NCBI GenBank assembly: GCA_963791065.1
Contig: CAWBQN010000018.1
Span: forward strand, 269,697 to 333,696
Direction: 5' to 3'
From: an uncultured Bacteroidales bacterium
GTDB taxonomy: Bacteria > Bacteroidota > Bacteroidia > Bacteroidales > VadinHA17
Length of the DNA: 64,000 bases
Positions 42,191 to 51,437 of this stretch are shown here, piece by piece. The translations under genes were made by a program, and so were the position numbers. The notes beneath the pieces were generated by a model. That model saw nothing but the letters and a program-made list of their open reading frames with translations. It made no database searches and was not told where the DNA came from. The stretch's first letter is position 1. Each line of letters starts with the position of its first letter.

Positions 42191-42875
42191 CTACTTTTCA
42201 GTGCCGTTTTTAAGCACAATACAGATGACTCCATTCGTCCCATTGACCCCATAAATTGAAGCTGACGAACCCTTCAGGACTGAGATGGATTTTACCTCAG
42301 TTGGATTAATATTATCGATGCTTGGGACTACCACTCCGTTTACGGTAAAGAGAGGTGTACTGCTGCCAAAGAAGGAATGCCCCTGCTGAATCTGAATACT
42401 TCTTCCACTGACAATAACTCCGGGGACTTCTACCCGGATCATCTGATAGATATCATTATAGGTGTTCATCTTTTTCCCCCTTGGTCTGTCAGTTTCTTTT
42501 AAACTATCCGGTATCTGCTTCTCTGTTGCATTCCCAACTGATTTTACTGCAGTAAAAGGTGCATCAAAAATAAAATCAATTGAAGTTTGCCCATTTATTG
42601 CAATCTCACGGGATCCGTACACAGATGACCGTACTTCAATCTTAAGGGCGGTCGGGCTTACTTTGATTTTAAACGTTACCATTGCCTTTGGTCGTATTGT
42701 TTGTCGGAATATTATCGATATAGATAACAGCTCCTTCGACAGGTTCTTTATCAGTATTCAACACTTTTCCGGTGATGGTGATGAGCTTATCAGATTTTTT
42801 AGAAGATGTTTGTCCGGCCGATAACTGTGAAAGACCAAGAGCGAAAATAATTAAAAAAGAAATATTCCACTTCAT
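42191..42875 (-). CDS. Barrel-less SusC-like protein 3 (frameshift near 42675)
   Basis: MKWNISF signal peptide, ITGKV; ends ISVLKGSSASIYGVNGTNGVICIVLKNGTEK*. Confidence 0.8.
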
Positions 42876-42941
42876 GATTGCAGGTTTATTTGACGAGTGC
42901 AAGTTACTGAGTTGAGAAGAGAAGAACAAATTATTCAGAGA

Positions 42942-44264
42942 TTAAATACTTCTTCCAATCAGAGTGGCCGAAGTACACCGTTCAATTAAAACCTTTACAT
43001 ATTTTCCCTTCTGATCATCTCCTCCCGGGAATACAACAACCTTATTCTGTGAAGTACGGCCTGATAAATATTCAACTGATCTCTTCGAAAATCCTTCGAT
43101 CAAAACATCAAAGATCATGCCAATATCAACTTTTTTCGATTTACCGGAAAGCCGGTTCTGGAGAGAAATCATTTCGCTTAACCTTTGAGATTTTACTGGG
43201 TCAGAAACATCATCTTTAAGTTTCCTTGCAGCTCTCGTTCCTGACCTCTCACTATATTTGAACATGTAGGCGAAATCAAACCCGGCCCACTCCATAAGCG
43301 AAAGAGATTCTTTATGATCTTCTTCTGTTTCCGTACAAAACCCGGTTATCATATCGGTCGATAAAGAGCAATCAGGAATGATGGAGTGAATGGCCTTTAC
43401 GCGGTCCATATACCATTCCCTGGTATATTCACGATTCATTAGCTTAAGAATGCGGTTGCTCCCGCTTTGTGCCGGCAGATGAATATGCTTACATATATTT
43501 TTATGTCTGGCAATGGTATATAAAAGTTCATCCGAGATATCTTTAGGATGTGATGTTGAAAACCTGACCCTCAATAGCGGATTGATCATGGCAACATTTT
43601 CAAGAAGTTCAGGAAACCTGACAATGCCGGTTTTTTTATCCCAATTATATGAATCAACATTCTGTCCGAGCAATGTCACTTCCCTGTAACCCCAATTAAA
43701 TAGTTCTTGAGCCTCTTTAAGCACTGACTCAGGATCTCTGCTCCTTTCAGCCCCCCGTACATAGGGCACGACACAATAAGCACACATATTGTTACATCCC
43801 CGCATTATAGAAATAAATGAGGAGACTCCATTCTTATCCATTCTCACGGGTGATATGTCAGCATAGGTCTCTTCACGTGATAGAAGAACATTTATTGCTT
43901 TGTGACCATCACCAGCTTCCGATATCAGAAACGGCAATTCCCTGTATGCATCAGGCCCGACAACCATGTCAACAAGTTTGTCGGTTTCAATAAGCTTTTC
44001 CTTTAACCGTTCAGCCATACATCCTATAATACCGATCTTCAGTTCATGGTTTGCTTTCTTCAGATGACTTATTGCTTTTAGACGTCCCCAGATCCTTTGT
44101 TCTGCATTGTCGCGGATTGAACAGGTGTTTAACAGTATTAATCCTGCATCCCTGATCTCTTCAGTAAGTTCATATCCGGCACCGGAAAGTATAGACACAA
44201 CTACTTCACTGTCTGCAACATTCATCTGGCAACCATACGTTTCAATATATACCTTTTTAATCAT
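42942..44264 (-). CDS. miaB: tRNA-2-methylthio-N6-dimethylallyladenosine synthase
   Basis: TYGCQMN, NTCSIR, GCMA, radical SAM CNNMCAYC, TRAM tail. Confidence 0.96.
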   Translation of the reverse strand: MIKKVYIETYGCQMNVADSEVVVSILSGAGYELTEEIRDAGLILLNTCSIRDNAEQRIWGRLKAISHLKKANHELKIGIIGCMAERLKEKLIETDKLVDMVVGPDAYRELPFLISEAGDGHKAINVLLSREETYADISPVRMDKNGVSSFISIMRGCNNMCAYCVVPYVRGAERSRDPESVLKEAQELFNWGYREVTLLGQNVDSYNWDKKTGIVRFPELLENVAMINPLLRVRFSTSHPKDISDELLYTIARHKNICKHIHLPAQSGSNRILKLMNREYTREWYMDRVKAIHSIIPDCSLSTDMITGFCTETEEDHKESLSLMEWAGFDFAYMFKYSERSGTRAARKLKDDVSDPVKSQRLSEMISLQNRLSGKSKKVDIGMIFDVLIEGFSKRSVEYLSGRTSQNKVVVFPGGDDQKGKYVKVLIERCTSATLIGRSI

Positions 44265-44435
44265 ATTCCTTTCACTTCCCGCTCATCGTTTCTCGTTATG
44301 CATAACTGCTGTTTCCCCACTCTCCCCTTCTCCCAGTCTCCCCCTCATTTTCAATTCCGGCACAAATCTATAAACTATGACCGAGGTTTGAAAGAATTAT
44401 TTAATTTTGCATTCTGTACAATTAATATCTGAAGT

Positions 44436-45179
44436 ATGTCAGGACATAGCAAATGGTCGACCATCAAACGGAAAAAAGGGGCAATTGATGCAAAAAGGGG
44501 TAAGAAATTTACCAAGATTATCAAAGAGATAATAATTGCAGCAAAAGAAGGTGGTGGCGATATTGACTCAAATGCAAGGTTAAGGCTTGCGGTCCAGAAT
44601 GCGAAAGGCGCCAATATGCCTAAAGATAATATTGACAGGGCAATTAAAAAGGCTACCGGAGCTGATGCTGAAAGCTTTACAGAAACTTCATTTGAAGGAT
44701 ATGGTCCATGCGGTGTTGCGGTATTTGTTGAGTGTCTGACAGATAATAATAACAGGACAGTAGCTTCAGTGAGATCGGCTTTCAATAAGCATGGAGGCAA
44801 TCTTGGAACTAATGGATCACTTACTTTCCTGTTTGAGAGGAAAGGTATTTTTACTATTAAAAATGAAGGATTATCCCTCGATGAAGTAGAGCTCGAGATG
44901 ATCGATGCAGGTGCGGAAGATTTTGAAGTAGATGGTGATATGCTTACAGTTACGTGTGCTAAAGAGGATTTCGGGAGCGTAAACAGAAAGCTGAACGAGC
45001 TTGGTATAGAACCCGAGGAAGCCGGACTAAAAAGGATCCCGCACGATACTAAAAAACTCGACCTTGAATCTGCCAGGAAGGTCCTCAGGCTCATTGATAC
45101 ACTTGAAGATGACGATGATATACAATTCGTATATCACAATCTCGAAATGACCGATGAACTGGCTGCCGAGCTGGGTTAG
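44436..45179 (+). CDS. yebC: YebC/PmpR-family protein
   Basis: MSGHSKW..IK..K, EGYGP.G, LTDN..RT, LEDDDDIQ. Confidence 0.95.
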   Translation: MSGHSKWSTIKRKKGAIDAKRGKKFTKIIKEIIIAAKEGGGDIDSNARLRLAVQNAKGANMPKDNIDRAIKKATGADAESFTETSFEGYGPCGVAVFVECLTDNNNRTVASVRSAFNKHGGNLGTNGSLTFLFERKGIFTIKNEGLSLDEVELEMIDAGAEDFEVDGDMLTVTCAKEDFGSVNRKLNELGIEPEEAGLKRIPHDTKKLDLESARKVLRLIDTLEDDDDIQFVYHNLEMTDELAAELG

Positions 45180-45201
45180 AAATTTTTACTACTTTTGCGT
45201 C

Positions 45202-45687
45202 ATGATCAGAAAACACTTCCTGATATTATTTATTCTGGGCTGTTCTACTATTATCAGCCAGTCACAAACCTTTGTCAAAGTGTCGGATCTTTTTAAAAGA
45301 CCCGACAGCAATTCAACAACCGGCCAGCTTAACATCATACAGGATCCGGCATTAGATACACTTATAAACAGATATATCCTGGGATATGAGAATCTCGAAG
45401 CAAAAAACGGATATTCAGGCATGGAGGGATTCAGAATTCAGATATACTTTAAAAATATCAGAAATGCCAGGGAAGAATCAAATAAAACCAGAGCTCAGTT
45501 TATGAGCAAGTTCCCCGACATAATAACATACCAATTGTATCAGGACCCAGGATATTTTATTATAAGGGCTGGCGATTTTAGAACCAGAACCGAGGCTACA
45601 AGGCTATTTTTATTGATCAGTAAAGTGTTTCCCGACGCATATATCGTTCCTGATATTATTAATTTCCAGGGCCTGAATACTAAATAA
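45202..45687 (+). CDS. Secreted SPOR-domain protein
   Basis: Signal peptide; GFRIQIY, F...FPD, P.Y...AGDFRTR.EA, FPDAYIV. Confidence 0.8.
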   Translation: MIRKHFLILFILGCSTIISQSQTFVKVSDLFKRPDSNSTTGQLNIIQDPALDTLINRYILGYENLEAKNGYSGMEGFRIQIYFKNIRNAREESNKTRAQFMSKFPDIITYQLYQDPGYFIIRAGDFRTRTEATRLFLLISKVFPDAYIVPDIINFQGLNTK

Positions 45688-45689
45688 TT

Positions 45690-47591
45690 ATGAGCGATAA
45701 CATCAAACACGAGTGCGGCATTGCAATGTTAAGATTGCGGAAGCCGATGGAATATTTTATTGAAAAATATGGTACATGGAGCTATGGATTGCAGAAGATG
45801 TACCTGATGATGGAGAAACAGCATAACAGGGGACAGGACGGGGCAGGTATTGCAGGAATAAAGCTGGATGTTCCACCTGGCAACAGGTATATATTCAGAC
45901 AGAGATCGAATCAGGCTAACCCTATAAAAGAAATTTTCAGTGTCATATATAAGGACATAGATACATTGACACTATCTAATCCGCAGGGGTTCAAAGACCC
46001 GGACTTCATTAAAGGAAATGTACCATTTGCCTGCGATATTTACCTGGGTCATCTGCGATATGGCACTTATGGAAGCTATAATATCGATTATGTTCATCCC
46101 GTAAGCCGTGAAAACAACTGGAGATCAAAAAACCTTGTCATGGCTGGCAACTTCAACCTTACGAATGTGGGCGAGGTGTTCAGCAGCCTTGTTGAGTTAG
46201 GGCAGAACCCGGTTGATTTTTCAGATACAGTAACAATCCTGGAAAACATAGGGCATCGCCTCGATGAGGAGAACGAAAGATTATTCCGGAAATTCAAGGA
46301 CGAAGGTTTTTCGAAGAAAGAGATATCTCCTTTGATTGAGAAAAACCTCGATGTAAGCTCAATTCTGAGAAAAGCAAGCCGTAACTGGGACGGAGGGTAT
46401 GCAATGGCCGGTATGGTTGGCCATGGTGATGCATTTGTAATGAGAGATCCAGCCGGTATCAGACCTGCATTCTATTATGTTGATGATGAGGTAGTTGTTG
46501 TTGCATCTGAACGTCCCGTGATCCAGACTATATTTAATGTCAGGACAGACAATGTAATTGAACTTCCCCCTGCAAGCGCAATTATCATTAAGGCTTCAGG
46601 TGAGACTACAATCGAAAAAATCAGGGAGGAAACAGAACCCAGAAAATGTTCCTTTGAGAGAATATACTTTTCAAGGGGAACAGACAAGGCAATATACAGG
46701 GAAAGAAAAAAACTCGGTGAGCTCCTTGCGGACCGTGTTTTGAAAGTTGTTGATTATGATCTCGACAACACAGTATTCTCATATATTCCAAATACTGCTG
46801 AAAGTGCATTTTATGGGCTCATAAAAGGTGTGGAGAAATATCTCAACCAGGTAAAGATTGATCATATACTGAGCAGAGGAAATTACCTGACCAGGGAAGA
46901 ACTTGAAAAAATTATTAATCAGCGTCCCAGAGTTGAAAAAATAGCAGTAAAAGATGCAAAGCTGAGGACCTTCATTACTGAAGATACGAGCCGTGATGAT
47001 CTGGTCGGACATATTTACGATGTAACTTATGGCGTGATAAGGAGAGGGGTAGATAACCTGGTAGTAATCGATGACTCGATCGTAAGAGGCACAACGCTGA
47101 AGAAAAGTATAATCAGGATCCTTGATAAACTGGATCCGAAAAAGATAGTCGTCGTTTCATCATCTCCGCAACTCAGGTACCCCGATTGCTACGGGATAGA
47201 TATGGCCAAGCTTGGCGATTTTATCGCTTTCAAAGCCGCCATTGAACTTTTGAAGGATACAGGCAAAGGGTCCTTGATTCAAACTGTTTATAAAGCAGCA
47301 CAGGAAGAACTGAAGAAACCCGTCGAAGAAATGAAAAACCTGGTTCGCGAAATCTATAAACCTTTCTCTACCGGGGAGATATCGGAGAAAATATCATCCA
47401 TGCTTAAATCAGGCGATATCAAATCGGAAGTTAAAATTGTTTTTCAGTCAATCGAAGGGCTTCATGAAGCTTGCCCAGGACATCTGGGGGACTGGTATTT
47501 TACAGGCAATTATCCGACTCCGGGCGGCAACAAGGTTGTAAACCAGTCCTTCATTAACTACGTGGAAGGAAGGAATATCAGGGCTTATTGA
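45690..47591 (+). CDS. purF: Amidophosphoribosyltransferase (long Bacteroidota type)
   Basis: Short propeptide then ECG, QHNRGQDG.G, GHLRY, CSFERIYF, VIDDSIVRGTT, YGIDM. Confidence 0.9.
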   Translation: MSDNIKHECGIAMLRLRKPMEYFIEKYGTWSYGLQKMYLMMEKQHNRGQDGAGIAGIKLDVPPGNRYIFRQRSNQANPIKEIFSVIYKDIDTLTLSNPQGFKDPDFIKGNVPFACDIYLGHLRYGTYGSYNIDYVHPVSRENNWRSKNLVMAGNFNLTNVGEVFSSLVELGQNPVDFSDTVTILENIGHRLDEENERLFRKFKDEGFSKKEISPLIEKNLDVSSILRKASRNWDGGYAMAGMVGHGDAFVMRDPAGIRPAFYYVDDEVVVVASERPVIQTIFNVRTDNVIELPPASAIIIKASGETTIEKIREETEPRKCSFERIYFSRGTDKAIYRERKKLGELLADRVLKVVDYDLDNTVFSYIPNTAESAFYGLIKGVEKYLNQVKIDHILSRGNYLTREELEKIINQRPRVEKIAVKDAKLRTFITEDTSRDDLVGHIYDVTYGVIRRGVDNLVVIDDSIVRGTTLKKSIIRILDKLDPKKIVVVSSSPQLRYPDCYGIDMAKLGDFIAFKAAIELLKDTGKGSLIQTVYKAAQEELKKPVEEMKNLVREIYKPFSTGEISEKISSMLKSGDIKSEVKIVFQSIEGLHEACPGHLGDWYFTGNYPTPGGNKVVNQSFINYVEGRNIRAY

Positions 47592-48556
47592 TTCTCATGT
47601 GAAAACCATGTGATTTCAAAATCTTTCTTATATGAAGCGAGGTGCCTGTTGATCTTTTCAACATAAATATCCCTCAGCGTGATCATTATTCCGGTTTCTT
47701 CTACATCTCCGAACTTATGATTTATGAAAGTGCCAAAAGTTTTCATTGTAGGGGATAAATTCATATAGGCATTTATTAGAGGAGGAATATTTTCATTCAG
47801 GTTACGGACCTCTCTTGACAGGATCTTATAGTTCTCTTTATATCTTCTCCATCCCCAGGCCCTGAAGATCTTTTTCATTTCGGCAGTATGCAGATCAATA
47901 TTGGCAGGGTCGATGGGAATTACCAGGCCGTCAGGATCGCTAAAATGCTTTTTGAGGAAATATAGGATCATGCTTCTTGCTTTCTGATTGAAATGCGGAT
48001 ACATCGTCACTTTCCCGAACAGATATTTAAGATGGTGATTATCAATTATAATCGCGCCCAGTCCATCCCAGAGGTTATCGAGTGCATACATGCTTTTCCT
48101 GCCCATCGTTCTCGATTGGTAATCGGGATGGACAAATGATCTGCCAAGTTCCATCAGATGAGGGTAATACTTGCTAAGGAATTTTTCTGAAAAATGGAAA
48201 TAAGCCGACGAAGCAAGCTTTGTAATATCACAGTCTGTACATCCCTTTTCGGGAAAATAGAAACGATATCCGCCAATGATTTCTTTATTTTCAGGATCCC
48301 ATACAATCAGTTGTTTCTGAGGATCAGATATTGCGGTATCAAATTCATCTATATCGATCTCTTTTCCCGTACCTCCACCCGCATGTCTGAAGGTAAGCTC
48401 CCTCACCCGTCCAACCTCGTTCATAAGAGAAGGTGAATTATTATTGTCAAACACATAAACCTCATTGTTCCCGTTGTTGGTCCTGCGCAGAAGCTTATCG
48501 CTGGTTAGCTCAGCAATAATCTGATCCTTTGGTAGTTGGGCAACAATTGGTTTCAT
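47585..48556 (-). CDS. glsB: GNAT (OlsB-like) N-acyltransferase, GlsB-like amino-lipid synthase
   Basis: EVGR.RELTFR.AGGG.G, DEFD, IGGYR, ELGRSFV, LW.GL, IPPLI.AY. Confidence 0.72.
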   Translation of the reverse strand: MKPIVAQLPKDQIIAELTSDKLLRRTNNGNNEVYVFDNNNSPSLMNEVGRVRELTFRHAGGGTGKEIDIDEFDTAISDPQKQLIVWDPENKEIIGGYRFYFPEKGCTDCDITKLASSAYFHFSEKFLSKYYPHLMELGRSFVHPDYQSRTMGRKSMYALDNLWDGLGAIIIDNHHLKYLFGKVTMYPHFNQKARSMILYFLKKHFSDPDGLVIPIDPANIDLHTAEMKKIFRAWGWRRYKENYKILSREVRNLNENIPPLINAYMNLSPTMKTFGTFINHKFGDVEETGIMITLRDIYVEKINRHLASYKKDFEITWFSHENQ

Positions 48557-48639
48557 TTAATATTAAAAATGGGGGTAAAATATCCGAATATCAATTTCAC
48601 AAAACAGAATGCAATTTAGTGATTTTTTTTGTTTAACTG

Positions 48640-49485
48640 TCACCCCTGAATAAATGATTCCAGGTCGTATACTTTAGATTTTACCCATCCGGCCCATTCC
48701 GGAGCTGACCGTGCTTTATCAAAAGTCTGCCATGGAATTGGCTCACCGAACACCAGGGTTATTTCTTTATCTTTTTGTTTAAACATCTCATCAGCAAGAT
48801 ACAGCATTTCAATATTTGCTTTTATTCCCAGGAACTTTCTGATATTTGAAAGATTGTAAAAAAAATTTGAGTTTCTGCCTGAAAAAAAGGCCGGCATTAT
48901 GTCTCTCTTATGTTGTATGGATTTAGTTATAAAGCTTTTATGCCAGGGCAAATCCTTAATTACCCCTCTTTTTTTTCTGGAACATAATCCGGCCGGGAAA
49001 TAAAGAATCTGGTCATCAGACGAGTATGCCTCCTCAATCATCATGGCAGATTCCTTTGCCTGTCCTCCGTGCTTATTTACGGGAAGAAAGATCCCTGAGA
49101 GGTTTTTGATGTTTGTAAGAATATCGTTTACGGGAAATTTAATTTTATTGAAATGTTTTGATATTTCATGAATAAATACCAGTCCATCAAGCCCCCCCAG
49201 GGGATGATTTGATACAAAAATATACCTGCCGGTTGTTGGTATTCTTTCACTTCCAATGACTTTGAATTTTATTTCAAAATGCTCCAGACCGGCGGTTATT
49301 AATTCCGAGTCTTTCTTATGGCCCCATTTTCTCAGGAATTCATTTAATTCATCCTGATGGACAATCTTTTTCAGATAATTTATCACAAATCGGGGTATAG
49401 TCCTGGACAAGGCCGGGTTTTTTGAGAACAAGACTTTTTCAACATCCAGTCTTTGAGTTTCACTATTGCCCGATTGACTATCCAT
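48640..49485 (-). CDS. glsA: PlsC-family acyltransferase, GlsA-like O-acyltransferase
   Basis: NHPLGGLDG (HX4D), FPAG, G.NS..FY, L..EM; upstream of the glsB-like gene. Confidence 0.7.
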   Translation of the reverse strand: MDSQSGNSETQRLDVEKVLFSKNPALSRTIPRFVINYLKKIVHQDELNEFLRKWGHKKDSELITAGLEHFEIKFKVIGSERIPTTGRYIFVSNHPLGGLDGLVFIHEISKHFNKIKFPVNDILTNIKNLSGIFLPVNKHGGQAKESAMMIEEAYSSDDQILYFPAGLCSRKKRGVIKDLPWHKSFITKSIQHKRDIMPAFFSGRNSNFFYNLSNIRKFLGIKANIEMLYLADEMFKQKDKEITLVFGEPIPWQTFDKARSAPEWAGWVKSKVYDLESFIQG

Positions 49486-49629
49486 TTTCCGGTAATTATT
49501 AGTAAAGATGAGGGTTCAAATTTACCAAAGATACTTTTAACGGCCAAGCCCGCCCGGCTGACATGTTTATCTAAGCATGAAGCATCTTTATTTTTCTCGT
49601 CAAAAAGTTATTAACATTAATCAAAAATA

Positions 49630-49655
49630 GTGGGGCATTGTGGAGCAAAGTGGAT
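49630..49655 (+). promoter_or_regulatory. MraZ-binding boxes (three GTGG repeats, 10-bp period)
   Basis: gtgggg (49630), gtggag (49640), gtggat (49650) upstream of mraZ. Confidence 0.8.
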
Positions 49656-49696
49656 AATTTTTCATTATTTTAGCCCTTTATTTAGAAAAAGCAAAG

Positions 49697-50155
49697 ATGG
49701 CCACATTTATAGGTGATTACCAATGCAAGGTTGATGTCAAAGGCAGGATCATTCTTCCGATGGCATTTAAGAAGCAGATGCCTGCAGATGGACTGGATCA
49801 TTTTGTGGTACGGAAGGATATGTTTGAAAACTGTCTGGTGCTCTATGCTATGGAGGATTGGAACAGACAGTTGGAAAAGATCAGGAAGAAGCTGAATCCC
49901 TTTAACCGCGAACATAATAAATTCCTGAGGAATTTTTTTATGGGAACTGCAGAACTTTCTCTTGACAACAATAACCGCGTTCTTGTACCGAAAAGGTTAA
50001 TGGATCTGATCGGTGCAGGCAGGGATGTAGTCCTTGCCGGCCAGGACGGCAGGATAGAGATATGGTCAGCTGACATATATGCTAAGATAGCAATGCCTGC
50101 TGATGATCTTGGTAATCTGGGTGAGAAACTGTTGGGAAGTACAAATGAGCCTTAA
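49697..50155 (+). CDS. mraZ: Division/cell wall cluster regulator MraZ
   Basis: FIG.Y...VD.KGRI.LP, LD...R.L.P, IEIW. Confidence 0.95.
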   Translation: MATFIGDYQCKVDVKGRIILPMAFKKQMPADGLDHFVVRKDMFENCLVLYAMEDWNRQLEKIRKKLNPFNREHNKFLRNFFMGTAELSLDNNNRVLVPKRLMDLIGAGRDVVLAGQDGRIEIWSADIYAKIAMPADDLGNLGEKLLGSTNEP

Positions 50156-50160
50156 CGATT

Positions 50161-51057
50161 ATGGTTTACCATATCCCTGCGTTGCTCAAGGAGAGTATTG
50201 ATGGGCTGAACATACGGCCTGAGGGGATTTATGTTGATGTAACATTTGGAGGAGGGGGGCATTCAATGGAAATTCTAAAACGCCTTGAAACAGGCAGGCT
50301 AATCGCTTTTGATCAGGATGAGGATGCTGTCATAAACACCCCGGTTGATGATAATTTTCTCTTTCTCAACCAGAATTTCAGATTCCTGCGTAACAATCTG
50401 CAATTCAATAATATCCAATCCATTGACGGACTCATTGCTGACCTGGGAGTCTCATTTCACCAGTTCGATGAACCCGACAGGGGATTTACCTTCAGACAGG
50501 ATGCTCCTCTTGACATGCGTATGAATAAAAAGGGGACCGTAACGGCGGCCCACCTTTTGAATACTTTGGATGAGACTTCCCTGGCCGATATTTTTTACAG
50601 ATACGGTGAACTGACAAATTCAAGAAGGATTGCTGCTGAGATAGTAAGGGCAAGAACGGCAAAACCTTTTGCAACGGTAAATGATCTTATGAACACCGTT
50701 GGGAAACTTGCTCCTTTCCGTCAGGAACATAAATTTTATGCCAGGCTCTTTCAATCCTTAAGGATCGCAGTAAATCACGAAATTGACTATCTGCGGGAGA
50801 TGCTTGAACAGGCACTTTCACTTCTTAATCCGGGCGGGAGACTTGTAGTAATAAGCTATCATTCGCTCGAAGACAGGCTGGTAAAAAATTTCATGAAAAC
50901 AGGCAATTTTTCAGGGGAGGAGAAAAAGGATTTTTACGGGAATATCGAAACTCCTTTCCGGATTATTAACAGGAAGGGAACTACTCCGGATGATAAGGAG
51001 ATAGCAGTAAATAACAGGGCGAGAAGTGCCAGACTCAGAATAGCTGAAAAGATCTGA
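50161..51057 (+). CDS. rsmH: 16S rRNA m4C1402 methyltransferase
   Basis: D.TFGGGGHS, DLGVS..Q, PLDMRM, FQ.LRI.VN, YHSLEDR, RARSA.LR. Confidence 0.96.
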   Translation: MVYHIPALLKESIDGLNIRPEGIYVDVTFGGGGHSMEILKRLETGRLIAFDQDEDAVINTPVDDNFLFLNQNFRFLRNNLQFNNIQSIDGLIADLGVSFHQFDEPDRGFTFRQDAPLDMRMNKKGTVTAAHLLNTLDETSLADIFYRYGELTNSRRIAAEIVRARTAKPFATVNDLMNTVGKLAPFRQEHKFYARLFQSLRIAVNHEIDYLREMLEQALSLLNPGGRLVVISYHSLEDRLVKNFMKTGNFSGEEKKDFYGNIETPFRIINRKGTTPDDKEIAVNNRARSARLRIAEKI

Positions 51058-51060
51058 CTT

Positions 51061-51432
51061 ATGGAAGATAACAAGGAAACAAATACTGAGAATAATAAAA
51101 AGCAGATCAAACCCGGAAGTTTTATTAAAGAACTGCTTAGCGGGAGTATGGTTTCAGAGAAGATCATCCTTAAGAATCTTGGATATGTTTCGCTCCTTGC
51201 GTTTCTCGCTGCCGTTTATATCGGAAACAGGTTTCATGCTGAAAAGATCACAAGGGAATCAACACGGTTGCAAAGGGAAGTAAAGGATCTCAGGGCAGAG
51301 TCACTCTCAACATCAGCAGATCTGATGTATATAAGTAAACAGTCTGAGGTATACAGTATGATACGCGAGAAGGGACTGAATCTTGAAGAGCTGAAAATAC
51401 CACCATATAAGCTATTAGTTGATAAGAAGTAA
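51061..51432 (+). CDS. ftsL: FtsL-like cell division protein
   Basis: Single TM plus coiled coil, between rsmH and the PBP gene. Confidence 0.82.
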   Translation: MEDNKETNTENNKKQIKPGSFIKELLSGSMVSEKIILKNLGYVSLLAFLAAVYIGNRFHAEKITRESTRLQREVKDLRAESLSTSADLMYISKQSEVYSMIREKGLNLEELKIPPYKLLVDKK

Positions 51433-51437
51433 AGGAA

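Noticed and set aside
44375..45094. 239-aa minus-strand ORF and the many other short antisense ORFs
   Set aside because: Shadow frames of well-supported genes such as yebC, gdh, ftsA and the ABC permease
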